From Candidatus Abzuiibacterium crystallinum (GTDB lineage Bacteria; Omnitrophota; Omnitrophia; Omnitrophales; Abzuiibacteriaceae), in the NCBI GenBank assembly GCA_002787155.1, contig PCVY01000028.1, forward strand, positions 9,478 to 73,477: DNA of 64,000 nt. The letters run 5' to 3'. Of the stretch, positions 19,347 through 29,420 are shown in pieces. The notes under the pieces were generated by a model. That model ran no database searches. It was not told the origin of the DNA and saw nothing but the letters and a program-made list of their open reading frames with translations. Each line of letters opens with the position of its first letter. The first letter of the stretch is position 1. The position numbers were made by a program, and so were the translations under genes.

Positions 19347-20897
19347 ATGCCAAATACATCACCACCCACAGTAAAGAAAGAACTCTATGGCTGGATAGGC
19401 GTTACTGTGTTCTTACTCGTCAACGCTTGGTTTCTTAATTTCAATGCTTTTCGCGGCTTTAACTTCTTTGATTTCGGATGTTTTATGGATGCGACATGGC
19501 GCATCATGCACGGACAAAAACCATACACGGATTTCATTTTCTTCGTTGGCCCTGTTCATCTTTACATGTGCGCTATCTTCTATCTTCTCTTTGGGTTTGG
19601 TAAATGGGCGGTTTTGGTTCACTTGGTGGCAGTTTCTTCTGCGCTTGTTGCACTCACATACCGTGTTGCCAGAAAATATCTTTCAATTCCCCTAGCTGTT
19701 CTAACATCCGTTTTAACCGGTATTGCCTTTTACTGGCCGGTTTCACACCCTTGGTACGATCAATCGGCACACTTCTGGGGATTGCTGGCGTTTTACGCTT
19801 ATCTGTTTTGGTATCCGTTTGAGCGGAACCGCCAAGCATTCTGGGTGGGGGTTTTAAGCGGGAGCGCCGTGATAATTTCTTTGATGACCAAAACCAATGT
19901 CGGCACTACTTATATTCCCCTCATATTCTTCATGTTTTTGATTTCACCCAATTTTCAAAGAACCGTGCCCGGTTTTTTTGTTGGCGCCTTTTCTGCTTTG
20001 ATTGTTCTGCTCGTCTGTCTTGGAAATCCTGCGGCTTTTTACAATCAAACTTTCCAAACCTTCTCGATTCCCAGTCAAACGATTCAGCGTTTTCTCCCTT
20101 TTGTTTACATCCCTACTTACCTTCTCAATGAATATTGGGTTGGACTTTTAGTCATGCTTTACGCCATTCGATCTCATTGGAAAAAAGTATTTCGTTTACT
20201 GATCCTTTCTTTAGGTGTTTATGCCTTGGCTATCTTTACAACAGTAACAGGCTCCATGAAAACAACCGCAAACATTCCATTATGGGGTCCTTTTATGATG
20301 CTGGTTTTTATTGCAGTGGCGCAAGTGCGCCCGCATTTAACAACCACTCGCCGCCAGATTGAAAACTCGATATGCACTGGACTGTTGGTGATTTTGTCTT
20401 TTCTGTTAATTTGTAACGGTGCACTCAGAGGCTTCGCGCTTGAAGCATGGACCTACGGAAACATTGATCCTTTTGGGACTTACCCCATGAAAACAAAACA
20501 ACTAAAGGGATGGCTGGCCAATCAGAGAACCGGTGAGGCGGTTGATCATTTAGTCGCTTATTTAGATGAATATGCATCTAAAGATGACTCTCTTTTGGTT
20601 TTAACCGACCTGCAAATCCTATATTTACTCACCCATCATCAAAGTTATAAGGGTATTCCTTTTAATTTCGCGGATGGCAAGGTGCCAAGCCCAGGACCTC
20701 AGACTGAACAAGTGCGCCGCTACATTCTGAGCCATCCGCCCGATTGGGTTGTGACGCATCGAAATCCCCTCTATCAATCTTTGGTGTCAAAAATTGTGCT
20801 TCATTTGGGCCTACAGGAATTTCTTGAGAAAGACTACGCTAGCATCACCTGGTTGAATGACTATATCTTGTTAAAAAAGATAAAGGATTCGTTTTAG
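19347..20897 (+). CDS. Polytopic GT-C-like membrane glycosyltransferase (tandem paralog 2)
   Basis: The 516 aa product is a paralog of the gene at 17760..19340, with the same motif blocks (FMDATWRI in the first loop). A predicted intrinsic terminator follows it. Confidence 0.5.
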   Translation: MPNTSPPTVKKELYGWIGVTVFLLVNAWFLNFNAFRGFNFFDFGCFMDATWRIMHGQKPYTDFIFFVGPVHLYMCAIFYLLFGFGKWAVLVHLVAVSSALVALTYRVARKYLSIPLAVLTSVLTGIAFYWPVSHPWYDQSAHFWGLLAFYAYLFWYPFERNRQAFWVGVLSGSAVIISLMTKTNVGTTYIPLIFFMFLISPNFQRTVPGFFVGAFSALIVLLVCLGNPAAFYNQTFQTFSIPSQTIQRFLPFVYIPTYLLNEYWVGLLVMLYAIRSHWKKVFRLLILSLGVYALAIFTTVTGSMKTTANIPLWGPFMMLVFIAVAQVRPHLTTTRRQIENSICTGLLVILSFLLICNGALRGFALEAWTYGNIDPFGTYPMKTKQLKGWLANQRTGEAVDHLVAYLDEYASKDDSLLVLTDLQILYLLTHHQSYKGIPFNFADGKVPSPGPQTEQVRRYILSHPPDWVVTHRNPLYQSLVSKIVLHLGLQEFLEKDYASITWLNDYILLKKIKDSF

Positions 20898-20898
20898 G

Positions 20899-20921
20899 TG
20901 GCAGCCTTGGCTGCTTTTTTT
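20899..20921 (+). terminator. Rho-independent terminator (GC stem followed by a T-tract)
   Basis: The sequence GGCAGCCTTGGCTGC followed by TTTTTTT lies immediately after the stop codon of the gene at 19347..20897. Confidence 0.5.
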
Positions 20922-21027
20922 GGAAATGTTATACTTGAAAAAGATGGTCTCACATTATAGGGTCAGTGCCTTGCGACCGATAATAAAAGGACTTAAATTC
21001 AGGTAAATAGAATAAAGGATTAAAGCG

Positions 21028-23034
21028 GTGCTCAACACCAGCAAAACAATTCCAAGCAGCGCTGTTCCTATCAAAATTGGCTTGGTACAGATTAATAATA
21101 GTTTTTCCGGCCAGAATTATTTCCCTTATTCGGTTGGTATCATTCAATCGTTTTTGAAAAAGCACGTCAAAAATATCGAACGTTTCCGGTTTTTGCTGCC
21201 AATCTATTGTCGTATTCCGGTTGCCAACGCAGTCAAGCAATTAGAAGGCGCCCATATCATTTTCTTTAGTGCATACGTTTGGAACATCCGGATTTCTTAT
21301 GAAATTGCTAAACAAATTAAAACATCACACCCAGAAACCATCATCGTCTTTGGAGGACCGCAAGTACCCGACCGCGTTGAATCGTTTGCGCGCGAACATC
21401 CCTGCATTGATGTCTGCTGTCATGGTGAAGGAGAACAGGTAGCCAAAGCTATACTAGAAAAAGGAATCTACGGAAAATGGGAAGAAGTGCCTGCGATCAG
21501 TTTTATAGATCAAAATGATCAATTGGTCCAGACGCCCCGTCCGGAACGGATTCGGGATATGACACTGATTCCCTCACCTTACCTCGATGGCACTTTTGAA
21601 CCCTTGATAAAAGCCTACCCGAAGGAAAATTGGATTGTTATGTGGGAAACAAACCGAGGCTGCCCGTTTTCTTGTACCTTTTGCGACTGGGGATCTGCGA
21701 TTCAAAGCAAAGTCTTTCAATTTGATCTAGACCGGATATGCCGAGAAATTGATTGGTTTGTGAAACATAAAATACAATTCATCTTTTGCGCGGATGCCAA
21801 CTTCGGGATTTTGCCTCGGGATCTGGAAATTACACGCCATTTGGCTGACGCTAAGAAAAAAACAGGGTATCCGCAAGCTATGTCCGTGCAAAACACAAAG
21901 AATGCAACGGAGCGCGCTTATCAGGTCCAAAAAACACTCGCAGAGGCAGGTTTAAATAAAGGCGTAACGGTTTCCCTGCAGTCAGTGGATGATGTTACTT
22001 TAAAAAGCATTAAACGCAGCAACATTTCGACTAACTCATTTCAAGAATTGCAAAGGCGTTTCACCAAGGACAGGATAGAAACATACTCCGACATCATATT
22101 GGGTCTACCGGGTGAGACATACCATTCTTTTGCCGATGGCATTTCTTCGGTCATTGAAAATGGCCAACATAACCGCATCCAATTTAACAATTTGTCTATC
22201 TTGCCGAATGCTGAAATGGGAGATCCGGCTTACCAGAAAAAATACGGCATGGAGACTGTTGAATCAAAAGTGGTTAACATCCATGGGTCACTCGTGGAAT
22301 CAGAGGATAACATTTATGAAACACAAGAACTCGTCATTGCAACCAAATCAATGCCGCGGGAAGACTGGGTTAAGACAAGGGCCTTTTCTTGGATGACATC
22401 GCTCCTTCACTTTGACAAAATTTTTCAGATACCTCTTCTAGTTATTCACAAACTTGGCGCAGTTAAGTTTCGCGATCTAATCGAAATTTTCATAGAAAGT
22501 GACTTAACCCAATATCCTACCTTATCAGAAATCCGTGAATTCTTTTTCGAAAAAGCGCGCGACATTCAAAATGGCGGTGCCGAATTTTGTCGTGCTGAGA
22601 ACTGGCTCAATATCTGGTGGCCGGCTGATGAGTATATTTTTATAAAGTTGTCCGTGGAGCAAAAACTAGATTTGTTTTATCGTGAAGCGCAAAGCATTCT
22701 TGAAAGGTTTTTAAAGCAAAAATCAATCAAACTTCCTGACAATATATTAACGGATGCGGTGCTGCTTAATCAAAGTTTAATCAAACAACCCTTTCAAACC
22801 AAAAACATTAAGATTCAACTTCACTATAATCTTTTTGAATATTATCAGGCAGCTCGCCAAAGCGAAATGGTTAACTTGGAGGATAAACCGGTTACGCACT
22901 TAGTTGACCGAACCACCCAACAATGGCATTCATGGGAAGAATGGTACGAAAAAGTTGTTTGGTTTGGCAATAAAAAAGGCGCTTACTTATATACCAACAC
23001 GCCCACTGATATTGAACTCGCCGGTCACTTTTAA
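21028..23034 (+). CDS. B12-binding-domain radical SAM enzyme, class B (likely a methyltransferase)
   Basis: CxxxCxxC radical SAM motif (GCPFSCTFCDWG). It is preceded by an N-terminal region resembling a B12-binding Rossmann domain (…IIFFSAYVWN…IIVFGGPQV…). The 668 aa product has an extra C-terminal extension of about 200 aa. Confidence 0.7.
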   Translation: MLNTSKTIPSSAVPIKIGLVQINNSFSGQNYFPYSVGIIQSFLKKHVKNIERFRFLLPIYCRIPVANAVKQLEGAHIIFFSAYVWNIRISYEIAKQIKTSHPETIIVFGGPQVPDRVESFAREHPCIDVCCHGEGEQVAKAILEKGIYGKWEEVPAISFIDQNDQLVQTPRPERIRDMTLIPSPYLDGTFEPLIKAYPKENWIVMWETNRGCPFSCTFCDWGSAIQSKVFQFDLDRICREIDWFVKHKIQFIFCADANFGILPRDLEITRHLADAKKKTGYPQAMSVQNTKNATERAYQVQKTLAEAGLNKGVTVSLQSVDDVTLKSIKRSNISTNSFQELQRRFTKDRIETYSDIILGLPGETYHSFADGISSVIENGQHNRIQFNNLSILPNAEMGDPAYQKKYGMETVESKVVNIHGSLVESEDNIYETQELVIATKSMPREDWVKTRAFSWMTSLLHFDKIFQIPLLVIHKLGAVKFRDLIEIFIESDLTQYPTLSEIREFFFEKARDIQNGGAEFCRAENWLNIWWPADEYIFIKLSVEQKLDLFYREAQSILERFLKQKSIKLPDNILTDAVLLNQSLIKQPFQTKNIKIQLHYNLFEYYQAARQSEMVNLEDKPVTHLVDRTTQQWHSWEEWYEKVVWFGNKKGAYLYTNTPTDIELAGHF

Positions 23035-23048
23035 CGCGTGGCCGCCGC

Positions 23049-23384
23049 CTACTGATTCGCCTTCATTTGATTTGCGATGCGGCCCATTTGTGCCAAAGTT
23101 TCAAAACGACGTCTCGTTTCTTCCGGATCGTCTGAAATCATTTGTTTAAAAAACTCGGAATCCATCGATTGAATCATGGCAATTGTTTCGGGCGTTGGCA
23201 AATCACTTGCTGCTCCCCCGGCACTCATGGCAGCCTGATTGGCCTGATAGGTTGATTGTTTAACCGGCATGGCTTTTTTTGTTTGTTGTGGTGTTTCATC
23301 TTGACGATCCCACCATGCTCCTGTGAATAAAAAGAAAATCGCGACAATTGTTAGCATTCTTCCCATGGCTAAATCCTTTCCCAA
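23049..23384 (-). CDS. Small secreted or membrane-anchored hypothetical protein
   Basis: The 111 aa product has an N-terminal hydrophobic segment (MLTIVAIFFLFTGAWW). It is convergent with the radical SAM gene. Confidence 0.35.
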   Translation of the reverse strand: MGKDLAMGRMLTIVAIFFLFTGAWWDRQDETPQQTKKAMPVKQSTYQANQAAMSAGGAASDLPTPETIAMIQSMDSEFFKQMISDDPEETRRRFETLAQMGRIANQMKANQ

Positions 23385-23473
23385 TTAGATTGTTGGTTCA
23401 CTTAGCATTGAAAACACTTAAGCATTTACTAGCAACAAACGATGATATTCTATAGAATAGAGGCGTTTTTTCA

Positions 23474-23941
23474 ATGACTATTTGTGACTATATTAAAGGA
23501 TGCCATATGATCATACGATGGTCTAAACGGCTGCTGACAATTATATTTTTTTTATATATCACCGGCATCGTCTGTTTAAATTTCAAACCGCTCACCCTCA
23601 CAACTCACCCGGTTCTTCTGAAGTCACTTATTTTAGGACAAAACAAAGGTTATATCCTACCCGGATCTGAATTTGAAATCTTTCGTCCTTACTTACCAAG
23701 AAACGGCCGATTTAGCGTTATTTTTGATGAGCCTTTCGCTCAAAACAAATCAATCCAACACCGATTGTGGAATGCACAAAACTACCTTTGTCCGCTCATC
23801 CTTAACCATGACCCTGCTGAGGAATTGGCGCTTGTTCTCTGTTCAGATGAATCAAGCGCCTCCAAACGCTTAAACGCCACTCATTACACCTGGCTTAAAC
23901 AAATCAATCCGGGTGCCGGCATTGCCAGGAAGCAAGTATGA
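23474..23941 (+). CDS. Hypothetical membrane-anchored protein
   Basis: The 155 aa product has an N-terminal TM segment. It is translationally coupled (ATGA) to the next gene. A 12-bp perfect palindrome lies just upstream. Confidence 0.4.
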   Translation: MTICDYIKGCHMIIRWSKRLLTIIFFLYITGIVCLNFKPLTLTTHPVLLKSLILGQNKGYILPGSEFEIFRPYLPRNGRFSVIFDEPFAQNKSIQHRLWNAQNYLCPLILNHDPAEELALVLCSDESSASKRLNATHYTWLKQINPGAGIARKQV

Positions 23942-25398
23942 TGCTCGTTGGCGCTATTTTAATACCCTGGCTAATTGGATTTTTAATTTTAAAACGCCTC
24001 ACAAAACACACCGCCCTATTAAATCCCTTTGGTTTAGCGTTAGCAATCGGCCCTGCTGTTGGATTGGCAATCATCTCCCTAATCCTTTTTGTCTCATTAC
24101 TCCTCACAAATGGTAAAGGCATTATCGTGTCAAACCTTGTCATAGGGCTTTTATTTGCTCTTCTAGTTTGGTTGGAACTTAAAGAGGTGCCCTGGATTGG
24201 AATGCCGTCAAAGTCCGCTAAATATTTTCAGGAAAAAATGCAACAACTCATTAAACCTTTTTCTTCAAAACAACCATCACGTATTGTTTTTTTCCTCTTC
24301 ACGATCGCTGCTTTTGGTTTATTGATTGCAACACTTGTTTATTATCTTCGTTACTATATTTCATACTGTTCATGGAATATATTTGGCGGTTGGGACGCTC
24401 AATATTTATGGAACTACAAGGCGCGCTTTCTAAGCCGTGATCCTCTTTACTGGCGGAACATGTTTTCTCCTGTTATGGCGCAATGGCTTCTACCGGATTA
24501 TCCGCTCCTGCTGCCCGGTTCGGTTGCTTGGGGTTGGAACTTCACGGCCCATGAAATGCTGATATGGCCGGCGGTGATATCGCTTCTTTTCTTCCTCTCG
24601 CTTTGTTTTCTCGTCATTTGGTATCTGTTTGCGTACGTCTCTGCCTTTTCTGCTTTTGTGGCCGGAAGTTTTCTGTTAACAGTCCACGCTTATCAATTTT
24701 GGTCTACAACCCAATATGCCGACATCCCGTTTGCTTTATTTGTTACTGCAGCGACGCTTCTTCTCATATGTGCGCTCCGTCACCGGGAACTTAAACTATT
24801 TTTTTTAACCGGATTTTTAACTGGCTGTGCTATTTGGACAAAAAACGAGGGCATATTCTTTTCCTTGTGGCTTTTTACTTTTTTCATTCTCACTTTTTCT
24901 CGCGCATCACAAATACCCGCATCAAAAAAGAAGAGTGCTTTTCTCCTTTTTCTGTTGGGATATCTGATTCCCTTTTTGTGCTTCTTGATCATTAAGACAA
25001 CATTGGGAGGAGCCGGCATTTATATGGGCTCGGGCCGTAGCGCCGCTGATTATGGGCATTTGATAACCAACCTTAACCGGACTAAATTGATTGTTATTTC
25101 TTTCTTAGTGCTCAAATGGAACTCCGCTCAATGGCTTGGTCTTTGGGCGTGCTTTTATTTGGCATTCTTGGCCGTAGGAAGAAGATTGTTCCAGGCATAC
25201 CGCTGGATCATACCCGGTATGGTTTTTTGTTTAGAAGCAGGGTATTTCCTTGTCTATCAAATTACACCCATCGAATTGCCGTTTCATATCAGTACTTCAT
25301 TACTTCGTCTCTTACTTCATAGCGGCGTTTTAGCGCTTATTTTTATTTTTGAAGTCTTTAATCCCAAAGACTGCTTCGCGATTAAATACACGAAATGA
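23938..25398 (+). CDS. Polytopic integral membrane protein, a possible GT-C-like glycosyltransferase
   Basis: The 486 aa product has at least 10 predicted TM helices. It is coupled by ATGA overlaps to the flanking genes and co-operonic with a SAM-dependent methyltransferase. Confidence 0.35.
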   Translation: MMLVGAILIPWLIGFLILKRLTKHTALLNPFGLALAIGPAVGLAIISLILFVSLLLTNGKGIIVSNLVIGLLFALLVWLELKEVPWIGMPSKSAKYFQEKMQQLIKPFSSKQPSRIVFFLFTIAAFGLLIATLVYYLRYYISYCSWNIFGGWDAQYLWNYKARFLSRDPLYWRNMFSPVMAQWLLPDYPLLLPGSVAWGWNFTAHEMLIWPAVISLLFFLSLCFLVIWYLFAYVSAFSAFVAGSFLLTVHAYQFWSTTQYADIPFALFVTAATLLLICALRHRELKLFFLTGFLTGCAIWTKNEGIFFSLWLFTFFILTFSRASQIPASKKKSAFLLFLLGYLIPFLCFLIIKTTLGGAGIYMGSGRSAADYGHLITNLNRTKLIVISFLVLKWNSAQWLGLWACFYLAFLAVGRRLFQAYRWIIPGMVFCLEAGYFLVYQITPIELPFHISTSLLRLLLHSGVLALIFIFEVFNPKDCFAIKYTK

Positions 25399-26195
25399 CC
25401 GAAGAATTAAAGCAGCAAATCAGATTGTTTTGGGATCGCTATCCATGTGCTGCTGATCGATCTAATCAGGAACGTTATTCAAAAACTTATTTCGAAGAAT
25501 TAGCTCAAAAAAGATACCTCATTGAACCAGAAATTATCTCCTTCGCCCAATTTGATCACTATCGCGGTAGAGACGTCCTGGAGGTTGGTGTTGGTCCTGG
25601 GCACGATTTCAGGCAATGGGTAGCAGCCGGTGCCAATGCCTATGGCATTGACTTCTCATCTGAAGCCATTCATCACACCACCGCTTATCTGCAGCACTTT
25701 GGGTTAAACGCCAAGGAAATAAAAATAGGAGATGCAGAGAATCTCCCCTATCCGGCAGACCGATTCGATTTGGTTTACAGCTGGGGCGTCCTTCATCACA
25801 CGCCTGATACTCAAAAAGCATTGAGTGAAATAGTGCGTGTTTGTCAGCCTGGCGGTATTTGCAAAGTGATGTTTTATCACCGCAACTCTCTTTATGCGTT
25901 TTATCTGTGGCTAAAATACGCTCTATTGAAAGGCCGCCCTTGGCAATCGTTCGGCTGGTGCATCGGTCATTTTCTTGAAAGCCCGGGCACACAAGCTTTT
26001 TCTGTGACCGAAGTGAGAAAAATGCTAAACCGCTTACCTGTCCAAATAATTAAAATATCACCTACACTCACCTATTATGATCTTCTTAAGAATCGCTCCG
26101 CACCCATTCGGGCATTCGCTTGGCTACTCTCGTTTTTGCTGGGCGGGAATCGTGTCGGTTGGTTTATGCTAATCGAGTTTCAAAAGAAAAACTAA
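25395..26195 (+). CDS. Class I SAM-dependent methyltransferase
   Basis: Motif I VLEVGVGPGHD. The protein is 266 aa. Confidence 0.7.
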   Translation: MTEELKQQIRLFWDRYPCAADRSNQERYSKTYFEELAQKRYLIEPEIISFAQFDHYRGRDVLEVGVGPGHDFRQWVAAGANAYGIDFSSEAIHHTTAYLQHFGLNAKEIKIGDAENLPYPADRFDLVYSWGVLHHTPDTQKALSEIVRVCQPGGICKVMFYHRNSLYAFYLWLKYALLKGRPWQSFGWCIGHFLESPGTQAFSVTEVRKMLNRLPVQIIKISPTLTYYDLLKNRSAPIRAFAWLLSFLLGGNRVGWFMLIEFQKKN

Positions 26196-27433
26196 TGTGG
26201 TATTTTATTTAAAATTGAGCGGTATAAATCCATAAATCGGTTTAACTGGGTAGTCTGTGAGAACTCAGATTTTATTTGATTGCGACACTTCGTTGCCATT
26301 TGATATCGTGCGCTGTTCTGGCTTGCCAATGTTAAAATTCCCTTTGCCAAAGCTGTGACGTCCATAACAGGCACAACATAGCCGGTTTCCCCATGTTTAA
26401 CAACCTCGGCGATACCTCCCGAATCAAAAGCTACGACCGGCGTCCCGCATGCCATACTTTCTAAAACTGCATTCGGTAAATTATCGGCTAAAGTGGGTAA
26501 TGCAAAAATATCGGCAGCTGAATAAATCAACGCCATTTGCCGCGGATCGTCGATATGCTCCATGGTAATTGTATGACACGGCAAATCTTTCTTTTGCCGT
26601 TTTGCACCATTGCCCACCACCATTAGCGTCAGATGACTAAGTTCGTTTTGCTCAAAACTTTCCAATGCTTTGATGAGATATGAGAAACCTTTTCTCTTTT
26701 CATGAATAAAATGAGCGCTAAACAAAATAATTTTCTGGTCCGCCGCGTTGATGCCAAGCTTCCGCCGAGCTTCTAACTTATCAATTGCTTGAAAAGTTTC
26801 TATATCAATCCCGTTGGGAATCGTGCATGATTCAAAATGGCTTAATAAAGGGCTTTGCTTCACCTTTTCATGCATCCAACGGCTCGGTGTCACAATAATC
26901 ATCTTTGATTTGGCATAGACTTCTTTTTTAAGACGCCAATGCAAGGCAGAGGTATCAAAATAAAGAGGCGGAAAAGCTGAGAGGTGCGGACAAGCGCCGC
27001 AACCCGTTTTCCAGCGTTCGCATTCGTAAGAATAACCGCAATGTCCGGTAAAAGACCACATGTCTGATAGACGCCAAACAACCGGTTTAAGATGCGACAA
27101 GGACGGCAGTGCACGATAACTAAAATAACTGCCGTGAATATTAAATAATTGAATAATATCTGCCTCCTTTACCCAAGGGTGGTCTTTGAGTTGAAATGAG
27201 GACGGGCAATAGAGATATTGCAAACTTAAATGGTCACATACAAAATGGCATGCACGGTCGATCCACCAACGGTATCCAGAGACAATGGGCTGCACGTCGG
27301 GGTCATGCGTTCTTTTGATGCGCACCAACATTCGGGAATCAACACCGTGAGATTTCAAACCCGTGTGGATCACAAGCCCTGATCGCGCGGCCCCGCCCGT
27401 CAAATCATTTTCATTAATGTGCAAAATTCGCAT
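26192..27433 (-). CDS. GT4 family (GT-B) glycosyltransferase
   Basis: C-terminal GT4 signature (…ESMACGTPVVAFDSGGIAEVV…). An N-terminal Cys-rich segment is present (CGYSYECERWKTGCGACPH). The protein is 413 aa. Confidence 0.7.
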   Translation of the reverse strand: MRILHINENDLTGGAARSGLVIHTGLKSHGVDSRMLVRIKRTHDPDVQPIVSGYRWWIDRACHFVCDHLSLQYLYCPSSFQLKDHPWVKEADIIQLFNIHGSYFSYRALPSLSHLKPVVWRLSDMWSFTGHCGYSYECERWKTGCGACPHLSAFPPLYFDTSALHWRLKKEVYAKSKMIIVTPSRWMHEKVKQSPLLSHFESCTIPNGIDIETFQAIDKLEARRKLGINAADQKIILFSAHFIHEKRKGFSYLIKALESFEQNELSHLTLMVVGNGAKRQKKDLPCHTITMEHIDDPRQMALIYSAADIFALPTLADNLPNAVLESMACGTPVVAFDSGGIAEVVKHGETGYVVPVMDVTALAKGILTLASQNSARYQMATKCRNQIKSEFSQTTQLNRFMDLYRSILNKIPH

Positions 27434-27439
27434 GAAGTA

Positions 27440-29395
27440 CTACCCGCTTAACTCTTTGACTGAAAAAGTTGGATAACCAACCGCTTGATTCTCAATGTAG
27501 ATCATATGCCACAACTGAAACATCACCATCGACCAAATTTGCCATGTGTAATCAGCTTTTCCTTCCAAATGTGGCTTAACAAATTGCTGATAAAAAGCGG
27601 GTTGGAATATATTTTGACGACCTAGTCGTTCGGGATTCGTTAATCGTTCCGCCAGAGGCTTAAGTCGTGTTCGGAGCCAAAGTCCGATGGGAATGACAAA
27701 GCCTCGTTTATGAGCCCCGCAAATCTCCGTCGGTAAAACATGGGCTAGCGATTTCTTAAGTAAATATTTAAGATTGGTTGATTGGGTTCTTTGGTGAGGC
27801 GGAATAGACATCACCAACTCGACAAACTCATGATCTAAATAAGGAACTCTCGCCTCGAGCGAGTGCGCCATTGACAAACGATCCGTCATCAATAAAAACT
27901 CATCAGCCAATTGGGTTTTAAAATCGAGTGCTGCAATTTGATTACGAAAGGACGGTGAATCATTTTGATCAAAAATGGTTTGCAATGCCTGGCGTGTATT
28001 AAAACCTGCTACGCCTTTGTCTTGAAAGATACTTCTTTGCTTCATTTCTTCGGTGGCATAGTATAACGGCGTGACGTAGTAACGACTCAGCGCTCCGTAA
28101 CCAAAATCAAGCCACTCTTCCGCTTTTTTCTTCAAGCGCTGACGAAACCGATTCTCCCGCAACAAATCCAGCATGCTAAGAACCGGCGCTCGTAGTCCGC
28201 TCAGTAACCCGACTGATTGAAGTGGGGACTTCATGAAAGGTGCAAGACAGCTTTGCTCAAAACGTCTGAACTTCCCGTAATTACCAAACAACTCATCACC
28301 GCCGGTACCGCTAATCCCAACCTTGACCGTTTTACTCATGAACCGAAATACGTACCAGGATGGTAAGCCGCCGCCATAAGGCTCATCCAATGCGTAAACC
28401 ATCTGCACGAGATCTTCCAAGAGTTCATCGCTGCTCAAGGTGAGTTCATGATGCTCCGTCGACCAACGTTCAGCAACTACCTTTGCAAGCGGCAACTCGT
28501 TCCAAACTTCCTCTCGTTCACCCTTAAAGCCTAGTGAGTAAGTTTTAACAGGGCCCGTTGAAACTTCAGCCGCCAGTCCGACCAATCCCGAAGAATCAAT
28601 ACCGCCGGAAAGCGAAAAACCAACTGGGACATCACTGATTAATCGCCTTTTAACTGCCTGTGTGAGTTTGTCTCGAATACGCCCCGACCATTCCTCGGCG
28701 GTCCATTGAGTTTGATTTTTAAAATCAAGCGACCAATACGACTGCGTTTGAAACTGTTTCTCTTCAAGATCGTAAGTAAAAAAATGTCCCGGCAGTAATC
28801 TTTTAACTTTCTGAATGATGGATGACTCGCCCGGGACATATAACAATGTAAAATAATGGTAAAGACTTTCGGTATCGATTTCCCTCTCAACACAAGGCAG
28901 AGTTAAAATTGCTTTTAATTCAGAAGCAAAAATAAAACGTTCCGGCTGTTCTAAATAGTAGAACGGCTTAATGCCTATACGGTCTCGAGCGCCAAATAAG
29001 GCATTCTTTCGTTTATCAAAAATCACAAAAGCAAACATGCCATTGAGCTCTTTCAGCATCTGCGGACCTTGATCAGCATATGCGTGCAGCAAAACTTCGG
29101 TATCTGAATGAGAAGTCCGAAATTCAAACCCCTTCGACATCAGGCGTTTTCTGATTTCGCCAGCATTGTAGATTTCCCCGTTAAAAACAATCCAAAGCGT
29201 TTCATCCAGATTACCCATCGGTTGATGCCCGCCTTTGACATCGATCACACTTAACCGGCTCATGCCTAAAGCCAATTGAGATGACGGGTGATGAAACTCG
29301 CCTGTGTCATCCGGGCCGCGGTGCCGCATCGATTCATACATACGCGCCACCCAGCCTTCCTTTTGACGTCCTGCAATGCCTGCAATTCCACACAT
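27440..29395 (-). CDS. Asparagine synthetase B-like glutamine amidotransferase, a candidate sugar-uronamide-forming WbpS-like enzyme
   Basis: N-terminal nucleophile MCGIAGIAG. PP-loop SLSGGIDSS. The protein is 651 aa. Located in a glycan operon with a Ugd-like dehydrogenase. Confidence 0.7.
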   Translation of the reverse strand: MCGIAGIAGRQKEGWVARMYESMRHRGPDDTGEFHHPSSQLALGMSRLSVIDVKGGHQPMGNLDETLWIVFNGEIYNAGEIRKRLMSKGFEFRTSHSDTEVLLHAYADQGPQMLKELNGMFAFVIFDKRKNALFGARDRIGIKPFYYLEQPERFIFASELKAILTLPCVEREIDTESLYHYFTLLYVPGESSIIQKVKRLLPGHFFTYDLEEKQFQTQSYWSLDFKNQTQWTAEEWSGRIRDKLTQAVKRRLISDVPVGFSLSGGIDSSGLVGLAAEVSTGPVKTYSLGFKGEREEVWNELPLAKVVAERWSTEHHELTLSSDELLEDLVQMVYALDEPYGGGLPSWYVFRFMSKTVKVGISGTGGDELFGNYGKFRRFEQSCLAPFMKSPLQSVGLLSGLRAPVLSMLDLLRENRFRQRLKKKAEEWLDFGYGALSRYYVTPLYYATEEMKQRSIFQDKGVAGFNTRQALQTIFDQNDSPSFRNQIAALDFKTQLADEFLLMTDRLSMAHSLEARVPYLDHEFVELVMSIPPHQRTQSTNLKYLLKKSLAHVLPTEICGAHKRGFVIPIGLWLRTRLKPLAERLTNPERLGRQNIFQPAFYQQFVKPHLEGKADYTWQIWSMVMFQLWHMIYIENQAVGYPTFSVKELSG

Positions 29396-29420
29396 AACCT
29401 ATAACTCCGTGCTAGATAAT

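Noticed and set aside
20950-21240. 96-aa minus-strand ORF overlapping the start of the radical SAM gene
   Set aside because: It overlaps the 5' end of a strongly supported plus-strand CDS and lies in an otherwise intergenic or terminator region. No motifs are present.
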